64,000 nucleotides of DNA from a candidate division WOR-3 bacterium (GTDB lineage: Bacteria > Hydrothermota > 32-111), in contig JBBFKX010000002.1 of NCBI GenBank assembly GCA_037481815.1, positions 367,647 to 431,646 of the forward strand, given 5' to 3'. Position 1 is the stretch's first letter; the number at the start of each line of letters is the position of its first letter. This document shows positions 30,311-40,599 of this stretch, in pieces. The notes below the pieces were generated by a model that was given only the letters and a program-made list of their open reading frames with translations, did no database searches and was not told the origin of the DNA. The translations under genes and the position numbers were made by a program.

Positions 30311-31611
30311 AAGAACACTTTTGTTGTTAGTTCAAAACAACTCAGTTTTTCAATTTTTTTAAAATAAGATCCACTCGTTCCCTTTATGTAAAAGAAGGAA
30401 AACCCAATCGAAAAATCATCCATCAAATTTAGTGTAATTTTTGGATTAAATAGAATACCACCTTGACTTTTAATTTCTTTCCAATCAACTATTTCATAGG
30501 CAAAGTTAAACGGTTCAACAAAAATCTTTTCGTTAAGAAAACTGATCCTTGAATTGAAAAAAAGATAATCGTTTAAATTTTCCTCACCATAAGTCCCTCT
30601 TATCCCATGGACATATTGAGTCATAAAATAATATTTACCTGAAATGTTGAAATCAAAACCCAGAAGAAAATTAAAAAAGATTTTTTCCTTTGCAAAAAAT
30701 GTATCAACCACTCCTCTACCAATTTCTGTTAGATCTATTTTGAATCTATTTTCATTTAGAAAATTACCGACAAAATCACTCCATAACGAAAAATCTCCAA
30801 ACGCTCCACTGAAACCTAAACCAAAACTACTTATTCTTGGGAAATTGAATTTCACATCACCAAAACCGGAAAAAGGTGTAACCATTTCTAACTTTATATT
30901 TGAAGGTAATGGTGTTTTTGTTCTTGAATATCCATAAAAAAAAGATGTTTGAAAATTGTTGATATCTTTTAGGAACTCTACAAAAAAGTCGCTATTTTGA
31001 AAAATATTCTCGGGAAGAATAATACTATCCTTTATGTTGAGATTTCCCATATAATCCTTAAAGTCAATATAACCATCTGGAAGAATCGAAGGAGTAAAAA
31101 AGGGAGTATAAATTATATTCAGATCGAAAAATTTAAAATATGATTCAAGTAAAACCATAAAATTTGTTACCTTTTTATCCATTCTTAAAGGATCTGAAAG
31201 ATCATCTGAATTAACTATGTCAGATGGTGATACAACAAACCCTTTTCCCAAATTGTAGAATGTTTTTCCCAATGTAAGATCGACAAAATCAAAAGGAAAC
31301 TTTTTTAAGAAAATTTTTGCTTCATATATTTTAAAAAGATTTTTATAAAAATTTTCTTTTTCTGTCATATCTTCAATATTTTTGATAAAAAAAGGATAAT
31401 CGCTTTCAATCTGCAGACAAAGATTGAAATCAAATTTTTCGTTAAAATTTTTTTTGTATTCCATATCTACATAGAATTTATCCATAAATATATTTTTCTC
31501 AAAAACGAACAATCTGAAATCATTTTCGATTTTACCACTGATATCACTTGCAAAAATTGTTAAAACCCCTAATAGAATTATCAGAATCAAGAAAAATTTT
31601 TTCATCATCAC
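30307..31611 (-). CDS. Predicted outer-membrane beta-barrel protein
   Basis: Signal peptide; DLTLGK....G....SPSD.VN; amphipathic strands ending in F. Confidence 0.6.
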   Translation of the reverse strand: MMMKKFFLILIILLGVLTIFASDISGKIENDFRLFVFEKNIFMDKFYVDMEYKKNFNEKFDFNLCLQIESDYPFFIKNIEDMTEKENFYKNLFKIYEAKIFLKKFPFDFVDLTLGKTFYNLGKGFVVSPSDIVNSDDLSDPLRMDKKVTNFMVLLESYFKFFDLNIIYTPFFTPSILPDGYIDFKDYMGNLNIKDSIILPENIFQNSDFFVEFLKDINNFQTSFFYGYSRTKTPLPSNIKLEMVTPFSGFGDVKFNFPRISSFGLGFSGAFGDFSLWSDFVGNFLNENRFKIDLTEIGRGVVDTFFAKEKIFFNFLLGFDFNISGKYYFMTQYVHGIRGTYGEENLNDYLFFNSRISFLNEKIFVEPFNFAYEIVDWKEIKSQGGILFNPKITLNLMDDFSIGFSFFYIKGTSGSYFKKIEKLSCFELTTKVFF

Positions 31612-32339
31612 TCCTTTAAAAATCTGTCTGTAAAAATATCATCTGAAAGGTTTGTATCAAAAAATATACTATCGTATTGCATTATCGTCTGATGTTTGTT
31701 TTCAATGTTTTTCATAACCATCTCTTTAGCAACATAATAATCTTTTATCTTTTCTATTTTCCTTCTTTCAAGGATTTTTGTACATTTCCCCTTTTCAAAA
31801 AATTCGATTTTTATAGGGATATAGAATCTTTTATCAACTGTTAACTGAAGTTTTTCATAAAAACTGTTTTTTTCTTTTTTTGGATAAATCTCAATTAAAA
31901 ATAAGGAATCGTTTTCATTCAATATTTTACCTGTGTAGTCCTTTGAAAAACTTGACATTTCCATATCCTCATAGGTAAAGTCGGTTCCGGAAAACGAACC
32001 ATTTTTCGACTGTGTTGTTATATTTTTGATCTTTTTGTATGCTGGAAGATATATGTGCATAACGTTCCCTGGTAACGATAAAAAACCAAGTCCTTTTTGT
32101 TCGTTTGGATAGGTAAATTTCCCAGCCCTTTTATCCCATCCTTTTTGATACATTGTAATTTTTCTAATCGATTGTACATTGTTTTTGTCTATAAGGGTTA
32201 TTGTTATAAACATTTTTTGATCTTTTGGCGCGTTAGTGATACTATCCATTCTTTCCAATATTTTTTCAAACTTCAGTTCATTACTTTTTACTGAGAGAAG
32301 GTTTAATACCACAAAAATCGTAAATAAAAATTTTTTCAT
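31608..32339 (-). CDS. Outer membrane lipoprotein-sorting (LolA-like) protein
   Basis: F..P...KG.GFL, IYLPAYKK, F.GTDFTYEDM. Confidence 0.85.
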   Translation of the reverse strand: MKKFLFTIFVVLNLLSVKSNELKFEKILERMDSITNAPKDQKMFITITLIDKNNVQSIRKITMYQKGWDKRAGKFTYPNEQKGLGFLSLPGNVMHIYLPAYKKIKNITTQSKNGSFSGTDFTYEDMEMSSFSKDYTGKILNENDSLFLIEIYPKKEKNSFYEKLQLTVDKRFYIPIKIEFFEKGKCTKILERRKIEKIKDYYVAKEMVMKNIENKHQTIMQYDSIFFDTNLSDDIFTDRFLKE

Positions 32340-32341
32340 TT

Positions 32342-34567
32342 TTACTCCTTTTCTTTTAGTGAATTAGAAAGAATAATGATCGTTGAAAACCCTGCGGTAA
32401 GCATCGTTAACATGATTAAAAGTCCAAAATTAGATAAGGGTTTTAAACTTGAAAATATAAGTACGGCAAACCCAGAAGCAACGGTTAAAACATTTATTAA
32501 AACAGCTTTTCCTGTTGTTAATAGTGTGATCTTTCTCGCGTCTTTAAAACTTTTTTTCATTTTCATTTCCTGCTTCATTCTTATCATATAATGAATAGAA
32601 TAATCTATACCTATCCCTATTGAGATTGACCCGATTAGATTTGTCGCGATGTCAAGTGGAATTTTTAACAGCGACATCAGACCATAAACACATACTATTG
32701 TAACAAAAATTGGAAGAACACCCTTAACACCGTTTCTTAACGATCTAAAAACTGTCGAAAGCAAAATCAATGTTATAGCAAGAGATAATGTTGTCGAAAA
32801 AATCGTAGATTTGAGTATGGTCTGGTCGAGTTCTACATATATCGAGGGCATTCCGGTCACTTCAAAAGTTACATTTCCTTTATCGTTTTCTATTCTCTTT
32901 TTAAGAATCGAAAGAAGTTCTTTTACTTTGTCTATAGATAATCCATTTTGAAATGATACCTCTATTATCGTTTCACTTTTATCCTCTTTTATCAATCTGT
33001 TCAAACTTTTTTCTCCTTCCAATAAAAAGTAAAGATTTGAAAGTTTTTCATTACTATCAGGTATTTTTTCTTCGTTTTCAACAACATTGTTCATCCTTTT
33101 GATAATTTGTATAATCGAGTTTACATTTTTAAGGTTTAGAGAATCTTTTATAAAGTTTTCAAAAGTTTCAACTTCCTTTAGATTTGAAACGACATTCATA
33201 TCTCCTTTCGCTAAAATCAAAAATCTTGATGAACCACCAAAATCGTTTTCAATTATATCGTTTGAGTTTCTGAATTCGGTACCTTTTTTAAAGTAGTTTA
33301 TAATATCAGCACTTCTTGAAATTTCAGGTAAAACAAAAATTGAAACTATGAGAGCCAAAAAAAGTAATACAGTCAAAGGTTTATGAAATTTAAGAATAGC
33401 GTCTGCTATGGTTAAAAATCTATCTTTTTTGTTTTTGTCATTAGAAATTTTCTTCCTGTTTTTAGTAAACAGCATTAGAGATGGAGTAAATGTTATCGCA
33501 AGTATAAATGAAACCACAACTCCAATCGCAGAAAATATACCAAACTCCTTTATCAGTCCAAGATAAGATCCTCCTACAAACGATATGAAACCAATAAAAG
33601 TAGTCAAAGCTGCAAGTAGAACAGGTAAAAAAATTTCTTTTATAGAGATCTTAACAGATTCTTCTCTGCCTTGGTTCTTTTTCTCCTCTTCATAAACTTT
33701 GCTTATAAAATGTATTGAATACGCACTTCCAACAGCGATAAGAATTATCGGAATTATGTTTGATATTATTGTAACTTTGACTTTAAAGATCGACATGAGT
33801 CCAAAAACCACAACGATTGAGATAAAAGAGTTTAATAGAGGAATAAAAATTCCTTCAAAACTTTTGAAACTAAACGCAAGTATAAAAACCATCAGAAGGA
33901 TACATGGTATTATCAATCTCAAAATATCATTAACGATAAGATTACCAACCTCTTCAAGAAGAAATGGCAGCCCACCATAATAAACCTTACCCTTTAAATT
34001 GAGTTCTTTCAATTCCTTTTTTATTTTTTTACAAACTTTTTGCTGATCTATGTTGTCATTAAAAAATATAACTATTAAGCTTTTTTTTCGATCTTTTGAA
34101 AGAAATTTTCTTTTATAAAACTCATCCTCTAAAAAGATTTTCTCTTTTTTAAGAAGATAATTTTCATCGTTTAACGAATCAAATGACAGAACTTTTTTTA
34201 TTTGAATGTCATCCTTTTCACTTGTTATATCAACTATGTTTGTTAACGAATTGATTAAATTGACCCCTTCAATTTTTTCTAATTTTTTTGTTATAATCTC
34301 TATTTCTTCAAGTGAATGTTTTGAAAAAATTCTTTCATTCTCATAAACTACAAAACCTGTTAAACTTCCACCATAATCTGTACCGATTTTTTTGAAATTT
34401 TTAACTATTTGATTTTGCTCAGGAAGATAATCTATAACATTGGGATTTACTTTGATTTTTACAGCAAAAAAACCCATCAAAAAAGTAACGATCAGAGTTG
34501 TAACAAGAATATGTTTACTGTTTTTTAATAGAAATTTTTCCACTCTTAACTCCTTTTGATATTCCAT
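32342..34567 (-). CDS. MMPL/RND family transporter
   Basis: Two repeats of a periplasmic loop plus TM bundle; AALTT.IGF.S, GIGIDYSIH. Confidence 0.9.
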   Translation of the reverse strand: MEYQKELRVEKFLLKNSKHILVTTLIVTFLMGFFAVKIKVNPNVIDYLPEQNQIVKNFKKIGTDYGGSLTGFVVYENERIFSKHSLEEIEIITKKLEKIEGVNLINSLTNIVDITSEKDDIQIKKVLSFDSLNDENYLLKKEKIFLEDEFYKRKFLSKDRKKSLIVIFFNDNIDQQKVCKKIKKELKELNLKGKVYYGGLPFLLEEVGNLIVNDILRLIIPCILLMVFILAFSFKSFEGIFIPLLNSFISIVVVFGLMSIFKVKVTIISNIIPIILIAVGSAYSIHFISKVYEEEKKNQGREESVKISIKEIFLPVLLAALTTFIGFISFVGGSYLGLIKEFGIFSAIGVVVSFILAITFTPSLMLFTKNRKKISNDKNKKDRFLTIADAILKFHKPLTVLLFLALIVSIFVLPEISRSADIINYFKKGTEFRNSNDIIENDFGGSSRFLILAKGDMNVVSNLKEVETFENFIKDSLNLKNVNSIIQIIKRMNNVVENEEKIPDSNEKLSNLYFLLEGEKSLNRLIKEDKSETIIEVSFQNGLSIDKVKELLSILKKRIENDKGNVTFEVTGMPSIYVELDQTILKSTIFSTTLSLAITLILLSTVFRSLRNGVKGVLPIFVTIVCVYGLMSLLKIPLDIATNLIGSISIGIGIDYSIHYMIRMKQEMKMKKSFKDARKITLLTTGKAVLINVLTVASGFAVLIFSSLKPLSNFGLLIMLTMLTAGFSTIIILSNSLKEKE

Positions 34568-35129
34568 AGAAGAAAATTTCCAACATTGACTGTATCACTT
34601 TTTCTACATAGTTGAAATCTATCTCAGATGTCCATCTATATTCAAAACCTTTCATTGCCACAACAAACGATTCGGCTGTTAATGAGACATCGATATCTTT
34701 GAGTTCACCTTTTTTCACACCATCCTTTAAAATGTCCTCTATAAATTTTTCCTCTTCTATGTCAAATTTCTTTCTGAGTTTTTGCACAAATTCAAATTGT
34801 CTATAGTAATCCTCCTTAAATGTTTGATAGAAATTTGCCACTTCATTTAAAATTTTGTATCTATTCAACACATATGTTTGCAATTTTTCTTTTGTTGTTT
34901 TTTTATCAACAATCGATTGAAAAAGTTTTTCTTTAAGGTAGATTATTTCCCTTTCGATAACCTCCACAAAAACATCTTCTTTTGTTCTAAAATAGTAATA
35001 TAGAGCACCTTTTTTCTTTCCCACTGCCTTTGCAATATCATCCATCGTCGTCTTTTCATATCCATACTTTGCAAATATCTGATTAGCTTTTTTCAAAATT
35101 TCTTCTTTTACATTTTTTTCCTTTTTCAT
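34515..35129 (-). CDS. TetR/AcrR family transcriptional regulator
   Basis: F..YGYEKTTMDDIA..VG..KGALYYYF.TKE. Confidence 0.93.
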   Translation of the reverse strand: MKKEKNVKEEILKKANQIFAKYGYEKTTMDDIAKAVGKKKGALYYYFRTKEDVFVEVIEREIIYLKEKLFQSIVDKKTTKEKLQTYVLNRYKILNEVANFYQTFKEDYYRQFEFVQKLRKKFDIEEEKFIEDILKDGVKKGELKDIDVSLTAESFVVAMKGFEYRWTSEIDFNYVEKVIQSMLEIFFYGISKGVKSGKISIKKQ

Positions 35130-35138
35130 AAACTCTCC

Positions 35139-35181
35139 TTTGACTTTTTGACTTTTTTAGTATTATAGTCAAAAAGTCAAA
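35139..35181. promoter_or_regulatory. Inverted repeat, probable TetR autoregulatory operator
   Basis: TTTGACTTTTTGACT-13nt-AGTCAAAAAGTCAAA, perfect 15-bp arms immediately upstream of the tetR RBS. Confidence 0.75.
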
Positions 35182-35222
35182 AAAATCAAGTACTGCTTAA
35201 AATTATTTTCTGTTAAGGAATT

Positions 35223-36170
35223 CTATTTTCTTTTGGAGAAATATATATCCGCTTCTATCATTGTGTCGTTTCTAAAAAAATGGTGGACGAAATAAAGATT
35301 CCCATCTTCATCAAGAGTTGGTTCACCTGCAAACTGAGAAACCATCAACTCTGGTTCACCCCAGTTATTGTTAATTTTTTTTGATCTAAAAATTGCTGGT
35401 GTTCCCATATATGTTCTTGAAAACCAGAATTCATTTCCATCTTTTGAAATGAATGGAAATCCATCATCACCTTGAGTGTTAAGAATACTAAAATTGATCG
35501 GTTCACTCCACCCATCATCTTTTTTTACTGTATACCAGATATCAAGCCCACCTTTTCCATCATCTCTTGTTGAATGAAAATATAAAGTATCTTTATGAAG
35601 ATGAACTTCCCCTATCTTATAATCTTTCATCAATAAATCTCCACAGTATTGACAGTTTATCCATTTTTCACCATCAAATTCTGCGGTAAACATATTCACC
35701 CCTTCGTAACCTTCCCTTACGGAAGCAAACCACATTAATGTATCCTCAACACAAACGGCTCCATCCAAAGATATTTTCCCTGGCTCTATCAACCAAACTC
35801 TTTTTGCTTCTTCCCAGATTCCATTTTCGAATTCAGAAACCCAAACTCCGGTTACGCTATCAAGTATCTGTTTTTCTACAGGACCTCTGACATCTGGTGT
35901 AAAGAAAAAGTACAGCGTTTTTCCATCTGGAAGAATAAAAGGTGAATCCTCAGCCCCTTTCGTGTTCACTCCTCCCTGAACGGGAACAGGTTGTTCAAAT
36001 TCGTTTGAATGGAGTAGTGGAGGGTGTTGATCTAAATCGGGGGTCACTTTTGTTATATCAGCAGGTAGTTTATTATTTCTATCAACAAGTGGATATTCTT
36101 CATGCTTTAGAAGAAAACATCCATTACTAAAAATTATTATCAATGAAATGATAAAAATTGGAACTCTCAT
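35223..36170 (-). CDS. Lipoprotein with WD40-like/PD40 (TolB-type) beta-propeller repeats
   Basis: NGC lipobox; repeats such as INFSILNT..DD.FPFIS.DG..FWFS and LYFHSTR..G.GGLDIW. Confidence 0.75.
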   Translation of the reverse strand: MRVPIFIISLIIIFSNGCFLLKHEEYPLVDRNNKLPADITKVTPDLDQHPPLLHSNEFEQPVPVQGGVNTKGAEDSPFILPDGKTLYFFFTPDVRGPVEKQILDSVTGVWVSEFENGIWEEAKRVWLIEPGKISLDGAVCVEDTLMWFASVREGYEGVNMFTAEFDGEKWINCQYCGDLLMKDYKIGEVHLHKDTLYFHSTRDDGKGGLDIWYTVKKDDGWSEPINFSILNTQGDDGFPFISKDGNEFWFSRTYMGTPAIFRSKKINNNWGEPELMVSQFAGEPTLDEDGNLYFVHHFFRNDTMIEADIYFSKRK

Positions 36171-36316
36171 TTTGTCTCCTTAAGATTTTTTATCCTTAGA
36201 ACAAGTTTATCATCTTTTTTTTGTTTGGCAAGCAATATTATAAATTTATTAACTAAATTAAAAAGTATAAAAATGTTCTCCTTGACTAAATACTTTTATT
36301 AAATTAAAATTGTAAT

Positions 36317-37180
36317 GTGAAAAAAAGTAGTAATACTATTTTGAAATTTTTATTGTTGTCTTTAATTTTCTTATCCTGTGTTAAAAATAAAAACTTTTAC
36401 AAAATTGAAAATGTTAAAATAGTTGAAACTTCAACTTCAAAGGAAATCGATTTCTATGATTTTTCACAGAAAATTTTGGTCTACGATATAATCCTTTTCG
36501 GTGAAAAGCATGATGATGAATTCACGCATAAATTAGAATCGATCACATTTGAATCCATGTTTAAAAACAACAAAAAAATAGCATTATCACTTGAAATGTT
36601 TGAAAAGGATGTTCAAAACATTCTTGACTCCTATTTAAAAAATGAAATTACAGAGAGTGAGTTTTTGCAGAGTTCAAGACCATGGCCTAACTATCAAACA
36701 GATTATAAACCATTAATCGAATTTGCAAAAGAGAACAAAATACCTGTGATCGCATCAAATATCCCGAGAAAATTTGCATCGATAATATCAAAATCTGGAA
36801 AAGATTCACTTTACAAAACTGAAAACATTAAAGACCTTTTCTTTGAACCAGTTGTTGATCTACAATCCTATAAAGAAAGGTTTTTCGAATTTATGTCTTC
36901 AATCATGCCAACCTCACCGATGGGAAATCTTAATAAAGAAAACACTTATATGTCTCAACTTTTTAAAGATGCAACCATGGCTGGATCTATAAAAAATTTT
37001 TTAAATGCAAACAAAGATTATAAAATTTTACATATATGCGGAGAATTCCATTCAAACTATCATCTTGGAATCTACTCTCAACTTGAAAAAATGTTACCTG
37101 ATAGAAAGATCGTAACGATTGCAATTGTAGATTCAACAGATTTCGATCCACAACTCGCCGATTTTATCTTTGTAAAATGA
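36317..37180 (+). CDS. ChaN-family lipoprotein (EreA/ChaN fold)
   Basis: LSC lipobox; FGEKHD, LSLEMF, Y.PLIEFAK...IPVIASN.PR, Q...DATMA, G.FH. Confidence 0.85.
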   Translation: MKKSSNTILKFLLLSLIFLSCVKNKNFYKIENVKIVETSTSKEIDFYDFSQKILVYDIILFGEKHDDEFTHKLESITFESMFKNNKKIALSLEMFEKDVQNILDSYLKNEITESEFLQSSRPWPNYQTDYKPLIEFAKENKIPVIASNIPRKFASIISKSGKDSLYKTENIKDLFFEPVVDLQSYKERFFEFMSSIMPTSPMGNLNKENTYMSQLFKDATMAGSIKNFLNANKDYKILHICGEFHSNYHLGIYSQLEKMLPDRKIVTIAIVDSTDFDPQLADFIFVK

Positions 37181-38418
37181 AAGAGAACCCTAAAATCAAA
37201 ATTGAAAAAATAGTGTCCGATGGAAGGGGTATCGGAAGATATGAGGGAAAAGTTTTTTTTGTTAACGATGTTATTCCCGATGAGATTATCGAAGTTGAAT
37301 CTATAAATGAAAAGAAAAATTTCACAGAGGCAAAAGCAGTTTCAATCCTGAAAAAATCCCCTTACAGAATAAATCCACCTTGTAAATATTATAAAGATTG
37401 TGGTGGCTGTTCATTTCAACATATCGACTATAAATACCATAAAGTTATAAAAACACAAATATTGAAAGAACTTCTAAAAATGAATTCAAAAATCAATTAT
37501 GAGGATGGAATCGAATTTGTTGAATCGATTCCATTTTTCTACAGGAATAAAATTACTTTGAGAGTCAACGAAAAAGGTGTTTCACTTTTAAAAGAAAAAT
37601 CAAACGAGTTTGTCAACATTGAGTCCTGTCAAATTGTAAACGAAAAGATCAACGAAGTCATTGGTGTTTTAAATCGGATGAATCTTTACGGAAACAATGT
37701 GAACAAGGTTAGTATAAGGTTATCAAAAGCAGGAAAAATTCTGCTGACATTTTATACCGAACTTATCGATTTATCCCATTCTTCATTGTTTCTTGAGTCA
37801 TTAAATGCTGACAATCTGATTCTTTTTTTAAAAAATAAAAAACCAGTATATTTAAAAGGAAGAGGTGAACTTGTAAATCTGATTGACGAAAATATTTTTC
37901 ATTTCTCACATTCAAACTTTTTTCAGGTAAACGATTTTATAGCAGAAAAACTTTATTCATACCTACAGAGTGTTATAAAAGAAGGGGAAAATCTACTCGA
38001 TCTTTTCTCCGGTATAGGGATCTACTCGATAATTTTTAACCGATTATTCAAGAAAATATATTCAGTTGAAGGTAACCAATCTTCAGTTCATTTTCAGAGA
38101 AAAAATATTAAGGAAAACAAAATAAATAACGTTTCCGTCATCAACAGATTTATTGATTCAACTTTTGAACTCGAAAAAAACATTCTTTTTGATACTGTGA
38201 TAATAGATCCACCACGAGAGGGGGTTGATAGAATATTTTTAAAATCGCTTCTTCCAAAAATCAAAAATCAACTTATCTATATTTCATGTGATCCAGCAAC
38301 CCTGACAAGGGATATAAACATCATCAAGGACGAATTTTTCATAAGGGAGATAAAAATTTTCGATATGTTTCCCCAAACAAGACACTTTGAAACCGTTGTT
38401 ATTTTTGAGAGGATTTAA
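37177..38418 (+). CDS. rlmD: 23S rRNA m5U methyltransferase (RlmD/TrmA family)
   Basis: TRAM domain, C..Y..CGGC, FFQVN, DLFSGIG, DPPR, YISC, DMFPQT.H.E. Confidence 0.9.
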   Translation: MKENPKIKIEKIVSDGRGIGRYEGKVFFVNDVIPDEIIEVESINEKKNFTEAKAVSILKKSPYRINPPCKYYKDCGGCSFQHIDYKYHKVIKTQILKELLKMNSKINYEDGIEFVESIPFFYRNKITLRVNEKGVSLLKEKSNEFVNIESCQIVNEKINEVIGVLNRMNLYGNNVNKVSIRLSKAGKILLTFYTELIDLSHSSLFLESLNADNLILFLKNKKPVYLKGRGELVNLIDENIFHFSHSNFFQVNDFIAEKLYSYLQSVIKEGENLLDLFSGIGIYSIIFNRLFKKIYSVEGNQSSVHFQRKNIKENKINNVSVINRFIDSTFELEKNILFDTVIIDPPREGVDRIFLKSLLPKIKNQLIYISCDPATLTRDINIIKDEFFIREIKIFDMFPQTRHFETVVIFERI

Positions 38419-39337
38419 ATCTTAATAAAACTCTGACAGATTCTTCAGTTGATTTTGAATCAATCCAATCAATTCGATTACATAAATTATATGCAGGTCC
38501 ATGATCTGGAGATACTCTCAAGAAATCAAGACCCAAAGTTATATTCACTCCGCTATTAAAAGATAACATTTTAAAAGGTATTAAAACCTGATCATGGTAT
38601 GTTCCAACAAATAGATCGTAATTCAGTAGATTGTTTTTATTAAATGCAGAATCAGCAGAAACAGGTCCTTCAATGTCAAACTCTTTTTTTATTAAAGTGA
38701 TTATTTTTTTCAACCTATCATCAGACAACCCCAGAAGTTTTCCATCTGAGCAATGTGGATTAACACATAAAAATAACATCTTCGGTTCTTTCTTCAAAAA
38801 CCTTTTATAGAATTCCTGTGCATTTTTTAATTGTTTTCTGATATCAGATTTAAAAAGTTCATTTTCAACTTTTTCAAGTTTAATATGTCTTGTTAAAGGG
38901 AGAACAGAAATCTTTTTTGAAAAAAGAAGCATACTTAATTTCTTGTTAAACTTTTCCTCTAAATATTCAGTATGTCCACAAAAACCGATTTTAAATTTTT
39001 CTATCTGTTCTTTATTTACAGGCATGGTTAAAAGACCATAATAACTATCCTTTTCATTTTTCATCCTCTCTATTGAAAAATCGAGAGATTTTATTGACAA
39101 CAATGTCGACTCTTTTGATGGTTCGCCTATTTTTATCTTTTGGATTTTTGTTTGTGGAAAATCAAAACAGATATTTTTTAACTTTTTTTTGATTTCGAAA
39201 CTTTTTAGAGCATCATAAAAAATTTTTTCCGTACAAGAAACTTCAAATGTGGTATTCTTATATTTTTGTGCTGTAACATAAATAAGATATGAGTTGATAC
39301 CTCCAATATCACCAATTGAAACAAGTATTTTTTTCAT
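38399..39337 (-). CDS. pdxA: 4-hydroxythreonine-4-phosphate dehydrogenase (divergent)
   Basis: T.PVNK, GHTEYL, NPH, YHDQ.LIP.K, VN.TLGL..LRVSPDHG. Confidence 0.88.
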   Translation of the reverse strand: MKKILVSIGDIGGINSYLIYVTAQKYKNTTFEVSCTEKIFYDALKSFEIKKKLKNICFDFPQTKIQKIKIGEPSKESTLLSIKSLDFSIERMKNEKDSYYGLLTMPVNKEQIEKFKIGFCGHTEYLEEKFNKKLSMLLFSKKISVLPLTRHIKLEKVENELFKSDIRKQLKNAQEFYKRFLKKEPKMLFLCVNPHCSDGKLLGLSDDRLKKIITLIKKEFDIEGPVSADSAFNKNNLLNYDLFVGTYHDQVLIPFKMLSFNSGVNITLGLDFLRVSPDHGPAYNLCNRIDWIDSKSTEESVRVLLRFKSSQK

Positions 39338-40599
39338 TCGGAATAAACTTTTATAAAAGATTTTTCTTTTTCCCTATCGATCAGTTTCTGGATCTCTTCT
39401 TCAACTTTTCTACTCTCAAGTACCGATGCGATGATGTCTCTTACTTCTTCATAGGAACTGATCTTACCACCAGAAATGTTTTTAATCATAAAAAGTTCAT
39501 AACCAAAATCACCTTTTACAATTTCAGACACCTCATTTTCCTGTAAACTTTTCAAAACATTTCTAACATTTTCAGATACCATTTCAAACATGACTCTTCC
39601 AACGAATCCACCTTTATCTTTTGTCCACTGATCGTTTGAATATTTTTTCGCTGCATCTTCAAAAGTTATCTTTTTATTAACGATCTCCTTTCTTATATTG
39701 CTTATTTTATTGTATGCTAAAACCGAGTCATCTTTTGTTACTGGAAATTTTAAGAGTATCTGCTTATAGTTAATAGAGTCATCTTTTGCATCAATTATTT
39801 TTATTATATGCATTCCCTCTCTTGACTGTGTAAAAATAAGAGTATCTGCTTTTCTGTTCTGATAAAGAAAATTCGCAAGTTCAACTGGTAAATCACCATA
39901 CTTTTTATAACCAACAACTCCACCTTTTTTTGCATACTTATCTTCAGAATAGATCTTAGAAAGTTGTGTAAAGTCCTTTCCATTTTTCAAATCTAATACG
40001 ATAGATTCAAACTTCTGTAAAAGATCAAACATCCTTAAACTGTCTGGCTGTATTATTATAGAAATATGGTAAAGATCCGCAGCAGGTTGAACATAGAAAG
40101 AATCTTTATTCTGTTCATAAAAATCTTTTATTTCATTTTCATTCACAGATGTTTTTATCATCCTTTTGTTCAAAATCTGTCTTTTAAGGTATAAACCTGT
40201 TGCCTGTTGGAAGTAGTTTTTTCTTAAATCATCTATTTTTATACCATTTTTTGACAGATAATCATAAAATTCCGTGGTATCGTTAAAATTCTTTTTTAAA
40301 TCTTCTATCCTTCTATCAACCTCTTTTAATAACATTAAACTATCAACAGATATTGAATCTTTATCAGCGATTATCTGTAAAATTTTAGAATCGATGAGAA
40401 TCTGGACCAGATTTCTTTTTAAAGAGTCAACTGCCTCTTTGTTGAAAATTGAAGAGTTTTCTATCAAAAAAAGTTTTTCTTTATACTCAGATTCAAGTAT
40501 TATCGAATCGTTTACCTGAATAAAAATCCTATCCGCTTTTAGATTTAAAGCGGATAGGGAAAATATAAAGAAGAATAGATTGAAAATTTTATTTTTCAA
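39334..40599 (-). CDS. surA: SurA-like chaperone with two parvulin domains
   Basis: DRI...VN..II..SE N-domain; two F..LA/AA..YS.D...GG.VG motifs; upstream of pdxA. Confidence 0.8.
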   Translation of the reverse strand: MKNKIFNLFFFIFSLSALNLKADRIFIQVNDSIILESEYKEKLFLIENSSIFNKEAVDSLKRNLVQILIDSKILQIIADKDSISVDSLMLLKEVDRRIEDLKKNFNDTTEFYDYLSKNGIKIDDLRKNYFQQATGLYLKRQILNKRMIKTSVNENEIKDFYEQNKDSFYVQPAADLYHISIIIQPDSLRMFDLLQKFESIVLDLKNGKDFTQLSKIYSEDKYAKKGGVVGYKKYGDLPVELANFLYQNRKADTLIFTQSREGMHIIKIIDAKDDSINYKQILLKFPVTKDDSVLAYNKISNIRKEIVNKKITFEDAAKKYSNDQWTKDKGGFVGRVMFEMVSENVRNVLKSLQENEVSEIVKGDFGYELFMIKNISGGKISSYEEVRDIIASVLESRKVEEEIQKLIDREKEKSFIKVYSE

